Source of the DNA: Lophium mytilinum
Taxonomy: Eukaryota
Reading direction: 5' to 3'
DNA: 64,000 nucleotides
NCBI GenBank assembly: GCA_010093605.1
Contig: MU004193.1
Span: forward strand, 813,520 to 877,519
Shown here: piece after piece, positions 46,501 through 57,399 of the stretch
Position numbering within the stretch: position 1 is the stretch's first letter
Layout: each line of letters opens with the position of its first letter
Notes under the pieces: model-generated
What the model was told of the DNA's origin: nothing
What the model saw: the letters and a program-made list of their open reading frames with translations, nothing else
The model's database searches: none
Position numbers and translations under genes: made by a program

Positions 46501-48792
46501 AGGCTGACGAGGTATAGCTTCCCTTGCAGGCTCGGGTTCGGCAACAATTGGTGGTCCTACAGCCTCGCTATCGTCAAAGTCGGGGAAGATCAGCTCAGAT
46601 ACTGAAGAGTCCGAGAGATCAAGCGACTCAATATCTGCGGCTGTATCAGATGGATCTACAGCCTCGTCTGTAATGTTCGCTTCCAAACTGCCATTCTCGG
46701 ATGTTGCGGGGGTAACATGCACAGATGACTCCGCAGGGGATGAATTCAGTGTTGGTAGTCCGCCATCCTCTGGTTCAGTGGCTTTCTCCTTGCCTTTTGA
46801 AGAGCCTTGATTAGCATGGGCACCGCCGTCCTCGTCAACAACGACCGCAGCTACTTGTTGCCAGCTTTCACTGCTATGATCGCTCTCATGCTCTTCTGAT
46901 TCAGAGTCCGATTGTGACAGGTGGAATTGAGGCTGTGTGTCCGCCACATCGCCACTATTCCGACTCGGGTTTTGGAGCGAAACATCGTCTGTGTTCTGGG
47001 TTTCTTCATGAGGGCGATTGACGGCCGTGGACTTCGCTTGGTCTAAAGATGGGGGGTTCCATGTTTCCCCTTCTTCTAAGCTTCGACGGATCTCCGTAGC
47101 AAGAAACGAACGGTCTCTTGCTGGCATGTTTGGCCGTTGATGAGAGCTCGATCCTTCAGGACTGTCAGGGTGCAGCGCCTCCGAAGCGCTGACTGGGTCC
47201 TCTCTCAGCGCAGGCGTGCCAGCGGCCTCCACAGTAGCCAGATCTTCGGCCCGAGTTCGGCCTGGAGTGCGTTCTGATCTAGAACTACGCTTCCTCTTCC
47301 TGGAGCTTCGTGACTCCTCGTCTGATGATACAAAATCTTCACTGTGCATCTCTTTCGATAGTTTGACAAGGGTCTGGCGTACCCTAGTAGCCTCTTCTTG
47401 TGGCAAGTTGTCAACCAAGAAAGCGACATCCGCGGAAGTGCCCGTTCGCAAAACGTGTCGTATGGGCTCGGGGAGGTCTTCGCTGGTCTTCCAAGAACCC
47501 CAATCAGCGTCGCGCGTCCTTCCAGTCGACGATGATCGCCTAGAGTTGACGGGTGTTGTTGGCCCGGGTCGGTTGTGGCGTAAATGTGTTGCAAGTCGTG
47601 CCGCATCTCCAGCTTGATGCTCTGCCCTCAACCTGGCATTTTCATCTAGTAATGCTTGACGCTCTACTCCCAATCTAGCAATCTCATCTCTAGTAGCTTG
47701 CTCTTCGTCCACCTCAAGATCGTCCTGCTCTGGTTCGGCTAGTTCTGCAGCTTCAGCAGGCTCCATCTCTTCTTGCTGAACTTCTGCGACTTGCCCTGCG
47801 TGGTTTGCATCCATGGCAGCCATATTGATCACAGGCTGTTGTTGTACAACCCACTCTCGGATGAGAAAGATGAGGATGAAGGCAATGACAACTAGTAGCG
47901 TGATGATTTGTCCTTCTAGTACATCGAGAACAAATCGATTGAGCGCTGGCGAGTTGAACCATTCAAAGAATGTGATGTCGGAAAGGAGCGAAGGATTGCG
48001 GCTTCCAAGTATGATTTCAACCGTAGCGTTCGGCGTGAGAGTGTTCCCACCTGCGGCAGATGACCCATTGGAAGCAGCGTACATCCCCAGCACGTACTTC
48101 TTAACGACTTTCCACGCCGAGGGCTCCCCCGAACTCATGTTCAGGCTCTGCGAGAAAGGAGCCAAGAATGCCGGCAAGCTTCCAAATGATATGGTAGAAT
48201 TAGTGGCGCGAGCCGATGCGATGGTCGAACGTATAGATTCTATGGCATCTCCAGTCCAGGGCGTTGCGGAGGGCACGGGTTGGGGGGTTCTTCCTTGTGG
48301 TTCGTCATACGAATTGTGATTCCAGCCACCGTCTCCTACCCAGAACAAGCTTCGCCATGTGAACCGCATGCACCACGGCAGACAAAGAAGCCATACTGTG
48401 CCCACCAATAGAGCCCGACAGCATGATATGAAGTATGTGAGGATGTGAATGATGGCTCGGCGGAAGAAGATAGTGGTGGGCAGGCGGCGCGGCATGTGCG
48501 GGTGGTAGAGCTTAGTGAAGCGGAAGGGCGTCTTGCAGAGCTCGCAGTGCTTCTTCTGGGAGTGCGACAGCCATTCCATCAGGCACTCTTGGTGGACAAA
48601 CTTGATGCTGCCACTGCACTTGCATGGGTAGAACAAGGGCTCGTCAGATGTCCCTTCGCCGCGGCATATCCGGCATGTGTCGGCCTCGTCTGCATTCTTG
48701 TCCTGTGCCTTTGCATTTGTCGCATATGCGGGGTCGTTCATGAGGTCTGGGAAAGGATCCATGGCGGCGGCAGTACCAGGCTGGTCCTCCAT
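43564..48792 (-). CDS. DOA10: ERAD E3 ubiquitin ligase Doa10/Ssm4 (MARCH6), 1742 aa, intronless
   Basis: N-terminal RING-CH (CRIC...PCKCSGSIKFVHQECLMEW...CELC), TEB4-Doa10 motifs (FIRDPDDPTFHP, HWFVGTCYM), many TMs and C-terminal RDEVYLIGERLHN. Confidence 0.95.
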   Translation of the reverse strand: MEDQPGTAAAMDPFPDLMNDPAYATNAKAQDKNADEADTCRICRGEGTSDEPLFYPCKCSGSIKFVHQECLMEWLSHSQKKHCELCKTPFRFTKLYHPHMPRRLPTTIFFRRAIIHILTYFISCCRALLVGTVWLLCLPWCMRFTWRSLFWVGDGGWNHNSYDEPQGRTPQPVPSATPWTGDAIESIRSTIASARATNSTISFGSLPAFLAPFSQSLNMSSGEPSAWKVVKKYVLGMYAASNGSSAAGGNTLTPNATVEIILGSRNPSLLSDITFFEWFNSPALNRFVLDVLEGQIITLLVVIAFILIFLIREWVVQQQPVINMAAMDANHAGQVAEVQQEEMEPAEAAELAEPEQDDLEVDEEQATRDEIARLGVERQALLDENARLRAEHQAGDAARLATHLRHNRPGPTTPVNSRRSSSTGRTRDADWGSWKTSEDLPEPIRHVLRTGTSADVAFLVDNLPQEEATRVRQTLVKLSKEMHSEDFVSSDEESRSSRKRKRSSRSERTPGRTRAEDLATVEAAGTPALREDPVSASEALHPDSPEGSSSHQRPNMPARDRSFLATEIRRSLEEGETWNPPSLDQAKSTAVNRPHEETQNTDDVSLQNPSRNSGDVADTQPQFHLSQSDSESEEHESDHSSESWQQVAAVVVDEDGGAHANQGSSKGKEKATEPEDGGLPTLNSSPAESSVHVTPATSENGSLEANITDEAVDPSDTAADIESLDLSDSSVSELIFPDFDDSEAVGPPIVAEPEPAREAIPRQPNLIERIMDWLWGDVAPAAPPTADDAGNDEHVVQNLADEAPFVPFAGQAAAAHREPGNAPRQDPEVAAAAAQAGIDLNDQDAIDDAEDLEGILELIGMQGPLSGLFQNAIFSALLISATIALAVWAPYIWGKLVLLLMGSPIVIFVKFPLQGIALGADLIVDAALCVAAGVVYWSVQLIRWVLGLLSNGFTTPADFIAKPARAVAENAMDRIAKVFVQTGTISSPDFFALSTNSHIALRTIQNTTSEALNTTGNAIVLLYEKVASANSNGTVLDMLCQVPATVLVATSAALNKAQDIALFLWTSKSYKITFNVGQNVTSTYAAIEQWTATDRLIAVCAGYMFFAVAGALYLKKSTPFTSSQQGRRVEGVVADVLQQAGGVLKVILIISIEMIAFPLYCGLLLDAAMLPLFDNATVWSRYQFTMKSPWTSGFVHWFVGTCYMFHFALFVSMCRKIMRTGVLYFIRDPDDPTFHPVRDVLERSVTTQLRKIAFSALVYGALVIICLGGVVWGLNYTSTGVLPIHWSSHTPALEFPLDLLFYNFLTPLVLKLAKPSDGLHATYQWWFRTCARFLRLSDFLFAEKNADELGHHVHRTWKHQFFGSKGDVTKPVIGDDRKLLVEDRNTEVYFLFDGKYVRAPASDQVRIPKGDPVFVEVDQSNHRLDGKPEESGVHARASEMITMVYVPPWFRVRIALFVLTIWLFAAATGVGITILPLLFGRYLFSFFIPNSVRMNDIYAFSLGIYTLGGLLYAALHIRPLLAHLHQPLRSPLSTLRTLTVTASRFAFRIARITYVYASLVLLLPILFALLLELYILIPLHAYLGPHEPHVVHLIQDWTLGFLYARLAARLLFANRQSRPARAFAAVVRDGYGDPNARLATRCFIVPVLVGFGIAIAVPSALAWGLNRTLWAGASEEVKRLVWRFCYPVVAGAGGGVWGARVCVTWVRRWRGVVRDEVYLIGERLHNFGERRGGANSGVVSAG

Positions 48793-49865
48793 GGCGGATC
48801 GGGGATCGGAAGTGGTGGGGATGTATTTGACAGAGCTGGCGCAAGCCGTGAAGGCGGATATGGCTATGTTGCTGGCATCGGCTCGGAGTGAGAGAGCGAA
48901 GGTCCTCGAACCGGTGGTAGAAGGTGTCTAGGTACGCTGGTAGAGGTGGAGTTAATTGTGGAGGTAAAGTAGTCTAGACGTCGGGCACAGTGGTGGCAGC
49001 GGCGATTGGCGGGATTGCGATCAAAGGGTGGTAGACTGAGGGCGCAGACCAAAGGTGAGTCTATATGCAAAGGGTATCTAGGAAAGCAGTCTGCTGGAGC
49101 AAGCGAAGTGGTTCAAGCAACTGGGCAGGTTGAAGTCATCGAGCGTGGGCCAGTGCCGAATTGGGCGGAGAGCACGGCAAGTTCCGCCAGCACCACGACA
49201 ACGCGGTAGTGAATGTCTAGCAGGTTTCCAGCCTTGTTCGAGTCGCAAAGACTCCTCCGGCACAGTCTGGCTCGGTCTGCTCTATAGAACCTGTTGCGAA
49301 TCAGGCGCGTGGCAGGCGGCCGCCGAGTACAAAGAGCAGCACGCGCTTGGCAGCGCCTTGATACGCAAGCGATGCGCGGTTGTTTCCCGTCGAGCCCGTC
49401 CTGAAACCGTAGTGAATGTCTTGCACCGGGCTGCTGCAACTGTGGCCATCCGCTGCCTCTCGTTCCATAAACGTCCCATAGCACGTCTTGCAGTTGTCGC
49501 GCTGTCAAACGGTTGACCGTCTTTCACGAACCACGCGCCGAACTGTCCCCCAGTCCCGCCAGTGATGTAAATGACGTTACCTCGCTTCACCATCTAGCGC
49601 AAGAAGCCCTGAAACCAGGAAACCTGCCTGCTCTTGTCAACACCGCGACCTTCCTGATCCCATAATAATTCTCTGCACATATACGCTCTGAGGCAGGCCT
49701 CGTGAGTTCCACCCCCAGCTTTGCCGCCCCAGTCCTAACAGCGTTCGAGTTCAGAAGCATCCCGGACTCCCTCCAACCCGCCTAACTGCTCCACACCCGC
49801 ATCCCGGACCGAACACAGTCAGATAGCTCTGAATCGGTGCTCACGACACCTCCGCCTGTCCAGCA

Positions 49866-52800
49866 ATGGCGGCTCAGACGAACGGAAGGGCGAAGAAGGG
49901 CAAGAAGGCCGAGGCAAACGGCCATGCCAACGGCTACACCAACAGCTACACCAACGGCAATGCAGACCCCAAAGTGAGCGGGCAGCTCTCTCGACCCGCG
50001 AGGCCAGTCAAGCAGAGAGGAAGCTTCATAGGAAGCATTTTCAGCATGTCCGCAAGGTACGATTTAACGAGAGAATTTCATACCGTTGCATACGGCCGCT
50101 GCTACAGCAAATCCGATCGGTGATGTCAATGATCCTCCGATAACCCAATGCGGAGGCTTTTTGGCCGTCTGACAAGCCCTTCTCGTTGGCGATGACCCCA
50201 AAATTCATGAGATATATATATTTTTTAGGCGGAATGGGATGGGATGGATTATCAGCAGAGATTACTAGATGCACTCTTGCAGACGGTTAGAATTCGACTG
50301 ACACCTTTACAGGCTCCTCTCATGGTATCTTCTGATAACAGTGCTATTCCGGTGTCCTTCCACCATCTCCGAGCTATCGGATTCCTCCCCTCAAGTCTGC
50401 AAACCATACCTAGAAGCACGATTATACGCTTCTCCATACGTCGACCCATACTACGAAGCCTACCTTGCGCCACAGGTGGCCAAGATTCGACCCCATGTAG
50501 ACACATTCAACAAGAAAATCTACACGCCCGCCGCCGCATTCACGGTAGACAAGTATAACACGTACGGCGCTCATCGTGTGGAACAGACGCAAGTCTATGT
50601 CCAGAATGAGTGGAACAAAGCGATAAAGCCGCAGCTGGACATTGCTCAAGCCAAAGCTAAAGGGCAATATGACTTGTATCTTGCGCCTCGCATCAAGCAG
50701 GGCTCAGACGCAGTTACGCCATATTATGAAACCACTAAAGCCACAGCTCTGGAGAAATACCAAAAGGCTGTCCTTCCGGCTTACCTAGCCGCTGTGCCCT
50801 ATGCGCAGAAGGGATACGCTCAGGGCCACTACATTACCACCCAGATCGTCTTCCCATATGTGCGATTCGCTAAAGAGTCTTCTTTCACTTTCCTCTCTCG
50901 GACGGTATGGCCGCAGTTGAGGATACTTTACGGTGATAATGTTGAGCCTCAACTTCTTCGAATTAGCGAGAGGCTCGGCAGGTACAAGGACGGAAAGAAA
51001 ATGGAGGCTGCTGCAGACTCCGTAGATGTGTAGGTCACAAATCACTATCTTACTAGAGGTATACTAAAAGTCTCAGATCGGCTGCTCTCGAGTCCCTTTC
51101 CTCCAAGGTCTCAGCGGCATCATTATCTAGTGCTGCCACTGCTACTCAGGACATTGGAAGTACCACCGCAGCCGAATCCGCCAAGCCATCGGAGATCAAA
51201 CTGACCACAGAGGAGCTCCAAGAGAAGCTCACTAACGATCTCCGAACGTGGCAGAACAAATTCGCTGTGGCCGCCGATAAGGGCTCAGAGGACTTGGAAC
51301 AACGCGTCAAGGACATCACAGCACAACAGATCAAAAACCAGGCTCATGCAGTCGGCGGAGCGTTGCTTGTACAGTTGGAAGAAATTTCCAAAAGCACCAC
51401 CACCAGCCTCAAGTCGACTATCAAGAAACTTGTAAAGACGATCCCAGACGATGTGACAGAGGAACAGCTTGAGTCTATCTATGAACAGGTGTTGGGAGCT
51501 ACGCGAACCGCTGGCACTGCTATCAAGGAGAAGGCTCAGGCAGTGAGGACCTGGAGACTGGACTATGACTTGGAAACAGACAATCTGGTCAGAGCTGCGA
51601 CGGCATCCACTGTCAAGATTCTAGACAACATTCAAGACCTCGGCCTTCAGGAAATCGGTATGCGATGGGCATGGACCGATGGTGTCACCTATAACAACTG
51701 GCAAAAGTACCATGAGCTCAAGAACACCTTGGAAGAATGGCGCAACGAGGTTGAAGCAGTAGGCTCACGACACGAGGGTCTCCGCAAGGCCCACGAGGAA
51801 AGCATGAGTGTCGAAAACAAGGCCATGGGAATCGCCGAGGAGACAGCAAAGGAATTAGTCAGGCTCAAGGAAGTTGCCAGATGGAAGCTTTGGGCTGAAG
51901 ACTCAACCGACGATTTCAGCACTAAAAAGGTTCCCGCCCGAGTCTTCAAGGCTGCTCAACAAGTCCAAGAGCATGTCGAAGAGGCTGCATCTAAGGCGTC
52001 TGAGGCCATCATTGGCTCCGAGACACCTGCCGCTGAGAGCATTGCCTCTGCTGTCAAAGAAAATGTCGACTCGGCCACGTCCAAAGTTTCCGAAGCGGTC
52101 ATTGGCACTGAAGCTAATGTAGTAGAGCAAGCCACTGATTCCATCTCATCCGCTGCTGCTTCAGCAGCCAGTGGTGCCTCTGCCGCTGGCGAGAGCGTCG
52201 TTTCAGCAGCGAAGTTCAAAAAGGCGCAGGCCCAAGAAGCCATCATCGGCACTCCGGCACCACCACTTTCCCAAGCATCTTCCAGTGTCAAATCTGTTGC
52301 GTCTGTCGCTTCTGAAGCACCAAAGAAGGTCTGGGGCGGTGCCATGGCTCAACATGTGGAAGCTAGGAAGATCATCTACGAAGACATCATCGACGATTCC
52401 GACGACACGAGCTACTCCGAGAAGATTCAGAGCGCCGTAAGCGCAGCCGGTGATCGAGCAGCTGATTTGACAAAGGCCATTAGTGAAGCTCTACTTAAGC
52501 CAGCTCCTACGCAAGGGACCGTGGAATCAGTCACGTCTTTGGCAAGTGAGCAGTACGAGAAGGCGCTCGCTGCTGCCTCTAGTGTAATCTATGGCACCGA
52601 GCAAGGCGCAGTCGAGAGTGTCTCAAGCATCGCAGCAGATAAATATGCCCAAGCCGTTACAGCGTAAGTACCGAAAACCCTTCCGAAGATTTGAGAATTC
52701 AGCGCTAACCGTTATCCATCCAGTGCTTCGTATGCCATATATGGAACCCCTGCGCCAGTCTTGTCATCAGTTCAGTCCGAAGCAAGCTCTCGATACGCCA

Positions 52801-54860
52801 ACGCCGTTAGTGTTGCTCAAAACCAGTATTCCATTGCCAAAGCCCGAGTTTCGGAGCTGGTTTCGGGAACGCCGAAGCCTGTCCACGAGGAGATGCTCTC
52901 TTCTATCGAGAACGCCTACTCCGGGTCACTATCCGCTGCGAGTGAGAGGTGGCAAGCTGTTCTTCAGTACACCAACACAGTCAAGAGCTATGCTTCAGGC
53001 CCAACACAAGGCGCCATGGAATCCATATCGTCAGTTGCTGCGTCAAGACTGTCCGAAGGTCTCAGTCTCGCTTCTGCACAGTACACCAGTGCTAAGATTG
53101 CGGTGGGTGCTGAACCGACTCCTGCATCACAGAAATATGTGGCCGAAGCGCAACGTCGTTACTACGAAGGAATTGGCCTCGCGCACGCTCGCTACTCGGA
53201 ATTTGTGGAGGCTGCTTCAAGCGCAGTCTATGGGACACCGACACCAGCGTACCAAGGTGCAATTGCAGCCGCCCAGAGCCAATACTCAGCTGCCGTTGCC
53301 GCCGCTTCGTCCAACATGGATGGCGTCCTCAGTGCTGCCAGTTCTGTCGTTGGCAAGACCACCAAGTCTCCAGCCCAAAGTGTCATAGATTCCGCCTCTT
53401 CTCAGTACGACGCCGCTGTATCCGCAGCTGCTGCTTCGCTTTCAGCAGCTTCATCTAAGGCTAGTGAGGCTATCTACGGCACACCAGCACCAGCATACCA
53501 AGGCGCAATTGCAGCGGCACAAAGCCAATACTCAGCCGCCATTGCTGCCGCCTCTTCTAACATGGACGGTGTCCTCAGTGCTGCCAGCTCCGTCGTTGGA
53601 AAGACTACTAAGTCCCCAGCACAGAGTGTTATTGACTCCGCCTCTTCTCAATACGAAGCTGCAGCATCAGCCGCGGCGGCTTCTTTCTCGGCGGCTTCGT
53701 CCAAGGCTAGTGAAGCTATATACGGCACGCAGCAGGGTACCTTCGAGTCTGTTGGCTCTGTCATTTCGGAGTCAGCTGCTTCGATTGCATCCGAGGCCAG
53801 CTCTGGTATCATTGGAACCGAAACTCCCTGGACCGAATCAGTCGCAGCTCAAGCCAGCCAAAATTGGGATGCTTTGATCTCCAAAGCCAGTGAACAGATC
53901 TACGGTGCTCCTACCCCCTTCTCCGAATCCGTCTTTTCGCAAGCAGGTGCATATGGAGCTCAGGCGACCGATGCCGCTGCCTCGCAATATGCCGCCGTGC
54001 AGGCTCTAATCTCCGAGCTCGTCGTTGGCAAGGAGCCGGACTTCACCGATAGCGTTATGATCAAGTTCTCTTCTGCATACTACGTCGGCTACCCTGCAGT
54101 CGCATCATCCGCCAGCTCCCTAGCCAGCGAAAACTACGAGGCAGCTTCATCATATGCCGCCGATGCGTACGCCTCCGCTTCCTCTGTCGTAACCTCCGTC
54201 TTCACTCCCCCGCCCGCTCTCGAAGCCATCCTCGAATCCGCCACCGAGCAGATCAACGCCGTGGTCGAAGCGGCCTCTGTTCAAGTCTATGGCACCGAAA
54301 AGGGCACCATCGAGCAAGCAACCGAAGCCGCCGCGAGCGCCTACTCCTCTGTCCAGTCCCGCGCCAGCGAAGCCGTCTACGGAACGCAGCCTAGCTATGC
54401 CGAGGCCGCGCAAGCCAGCTTCGCCGACGTTGCGTCGAGCGCTCAGAACGCCATCAGCATCGCTATCTACGGCACCCCCACCGGCACCATCGAGTCGGCG
54501 ACTAGCGGCGCTGCGAGCGCGTACAGCTCCGTCGCCTCTGTAGTCGCTGAGAACGCTGCTGCTGCTGCGTCTGCGGCTGGGGGCACCTACGATGCGGCGA
54601 AGGCGAAGGTCAGCGAGGCGATCTATGGGCCGGAGCAGAGCGCTGTTGAGAGCGCCCAGTCACGCCTCTTGGCTGCGGTGGAAAGCGCTAAGGCGAAGCT
54701 CAGCGATCTATACGAGAATGGATTACCGGAGCAGGTCGAGGCTGCGAAGTCGAAGATCGAGGAACTCGCCAGCAACATCAACGGCGCTGCGAGCGGCGCT
54801 GCTAGCAGCGTTTCGAGCGCGGCGGCGAAGGCGACGGATAGAGTCAAGGATGAGTTGTAG
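49866..54860 (+). CDS. Large ER-type protein: N-terminal TM, coiled coil, Ala/Ser-rich YG repeats, C-terminal KDEL; exons 49866-50056, 50313-51029, 51077-52663, 52724-54860
   Basis: Three canonical introns join the ORFs in frame. RLLSWYLLITVLFRCP..C signal anchor, recurring (I/V)YGT motifs, and the protein ends RVKDEL. Confidence 0.88.
53229..53725 (+). repeat. Coding tandem duplication, 246 bp (82 aa) x2
   Basis: YGTPTPAYQGAIAAAQSQYS... at 53229 and YGTPAPAYQGAIAAAQSQYS... at 53475. Many of the differences are synonymous. Confidence 0.92.
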
Positions 54861-55679
54861 ATGAGCCTTAGCAATTGGAAAGAACGAACAAAGGAGGGAG
54901 GGAGAGGCGAGAAGACGCATATGGCGGCATCAGACTGATTTTGCATTTTTTGCACGAAATGAGGCATGGAACGTTTCTTCAAACTCCTTTTCGCTCGGAT
55001 CACACCGAATCACACACTTTTCCTCCCCACCACGTCAGATCGTTACGGTACGGAAATACGAACACTATGAGGCACGAAGAACGGACGACAACTGTATCAT
55101 GCTGCACCCCCTTACCCTACTTTTCTACTTCTTGGTCGCTTCGAGGCGGCGGCTTTCTACTTTGCGTGTTTGCTGTTTGTGCGGGACCCCTCTCCAGAGT
55201 GTATTTGTATTTCGGGTGCGGGTGTGGTGGGTTTGATTCCTTGGGCTGCGGGGTGCGGGGTGCGTGTTTCCTTTTTTGCTGCTTTGGAGGGAGGGATGGG
55301 GGCTAGGGGTAGATGAGGGGAGGGTGGTAATGATGTGTATGTAGTATGGGCACTTCCTCTTAGCGATTGCGAGAATTATACCCTTCGTTTAGTAGGCGTG
55401 TTGTGGGTGATGTCGTGTGAACGCAGCTTTGTGAAGTGTAAATACAGTAACAGCCTCAAAGTCTTGTATTCCCATTTCTTTCAAGATTCGCGGTCTTCGC
55501 CTTTCACAGCGCCTCAGATGGATTGTGCTATACTCCATCCTCGGTTATTCAATTTGTCACGCTCTCTTTTCGGCACTATCTCATGATACGTTTACGTTAC
55601 ACGTCCATCCAAGTCCGATGCCCATCAAATGATCACATGTCCCTTTCCCCTCTCTCTAGTCACAAGTCCTCTTCAAGTG

Positions 55680-56945
55680 CCACGTCAGTCCCTCGTGACC
55701 GCCAAGCGCCCCACCTTCTGAGCAGTATAAGAACTTCTCCCGCCCGCTAGCTCGCTTTCTTCTTCTTCAGGGAAACATTGAAGAAGGCAGGGAAGGGGGG
55801 GGGGGGGAATCAAAAAGCAACCAACCTCAAGGCGGATGGACTGGGTGGGAGGGGGATGAAAATACTATTGCTACTTGGAACTGGACGATGGCTGGGTGGG
55901 AGTGGGAGGTGTGGTCGTTCAAAAATCTCTTTCATGACTGGTCATGAGCGAGTGGGAGGTGTGGTCGTTCAAAAATCTCTTTCATGACTGGTCATGAGCG
56001 AGTGGGAGGTGTGGTCGTTCAAAAATCTCTTTCATGACTGGTCATGAGCGAGTGGGGTTGGGGATTGAAATCCCAGGCTCTCAGATCGCATGGCTTGGGT
56101 GGAGAAGTGGAAGACTGTCTAAAACCAAAAGGATGTGCTTCGCAAGCTAGACATGGGGCTGGGGAGGGTCGTGTGGGTTTTTCAAAAATCACAAAAACAC
56201 TCGATGGATGTTGTGGAGGTTGGGGATCAAAAACGGGAAATCGAATGCCTTATGAGTTTGGCGGAGGAGGAGTCTCAACTACAACTTTCCACCACAACTC
56301 CCGATGTGCGGAAGGGGTCGTACAAACCGGCTTCTGAAAAGAGTGTCATGGCTGGAGCTGGGCCGGTATGGATAATAATATTTTGCACGCCATTCGCATG
56401 GCTGGAGCTGGGATGGTCTGGAAATCAACATTCTCCAAAGCATTGGGTAATGTGTTGGTGGAAACGGGTGCGTCGTCAACCTCCCAAGGCTAAGGTTCCT
56501 ATGGTGGAGGATGTTTTGAACAAACCTCCCAGAATACGAGGGGGTATGGCTGGGCTGCGCTTGTCGAAAACTCAACGAAGATGCGATATATGGTTGGATT
56601 GTGGAAGCCGGGATGTCGACATCGTTATGACGTCCTCATAATGAGTTGAGTCAACAAAAACATTACGACACAATATTCATGGTCCGACTGCGGAGACTCG
56701 GATATCAATGCAATAATGGCTTCCTTGCGATGGGTGGATTCACAAGCGTTATACCACTGGATCCATGACCAGGCTGTGGAAGTCGGGATATCGACAGTCG
56801 ACGACATGTTCATTGATGGATTGAGGTGGAGTGGAGTGGCATTAATCAGATTAAGCCGCTCGTTTCATGTTGGTGGCTTCTGGGTGGTTCAATTGTAAAC
56901 ATCAAAGAGACGATGACTGGAGGTGGAAGAAGGGGAGTTACAGCT
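55680..56945 (+). other. TATA-driven long array (~20-25 units) of the ATGG-G-rich-CAAAA family
   Basis: TATAAG at 55726, CT tract, ACAT at 55775, then units at ~45-55 nt spacing. Confidence 0.6.
55900..56056 (+). repeat. Perfect 50-bp tandem repeat x3
   Basis: GAGTGGGAGGTGTGGTCGTTCAAAAATCTCTTTCATGACTGGTCATGAGC at 55900, 55950 and 56000. Confidence 0.95.
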
Positions 56946-57039
56946 ACACGGTGATCATCTTTCGGGAAGTCCGTGGTTTCAGTACCTCTCCCTCGGCGCT
57001 GCTCTATAGTTTCAGCACCTCCACCTCAGCACTACTCCG

Positions 57040-57312
57040 ATGGCCTCGTTCAACGAAAATTCCGACGAGCTCATACTCGCTATAGTCGCTGATGTGGCTC
57101 TCGAAGACATCGTCAGTCTTTCAAAGACATGTCGTCACCTCCGCGAGATCGCCCTCCCAGCGTTCTTTTACACCGTAGCGTTGACCTGGGCAACGACGCA
57201 AAGCAGGGATAGGATCCTCCCATATCCAGAAGCGGGCTTGATTCTGCGAACGGTTGTCCGGGACTCTTCCCTCGCCGCACTCGCAAAGGTGGTTAATCTT
57301 CGGATGCGATGA
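57040..57312 (+). pseudogene. Truncated F-box protein gene
   Basis: SDELILAIV...LEDIVSLSKTCRHLREIALP.FFYTV...LILRTV is an F-box-like N-terminus. The frame stops after 90 aa with no obvious continuation. Confidence 0.55.
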
Positions 57313-57399
57313 GTGTCTAAGATAGGGGCGAACCTTCATTCTTAGGTTATGGTAGGGATATGGGAGGAGATCGAGGAGAACGGTGATGGGCTTCTGTGA

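Noticed and set aside
56135..56641. 168-aa ORF within the ATGG array
   Set aside because: GTG start, no recognisable domain, and the adjacent 50-bp triplication shifts frame, so it is likely a by-product of G-rich composition.
55800..56900. Box C/D snoRNA cluster
   Set aside because: Units lack consistent RTGATGA and CTGA boxes and are shorter than typical snoRNAs.
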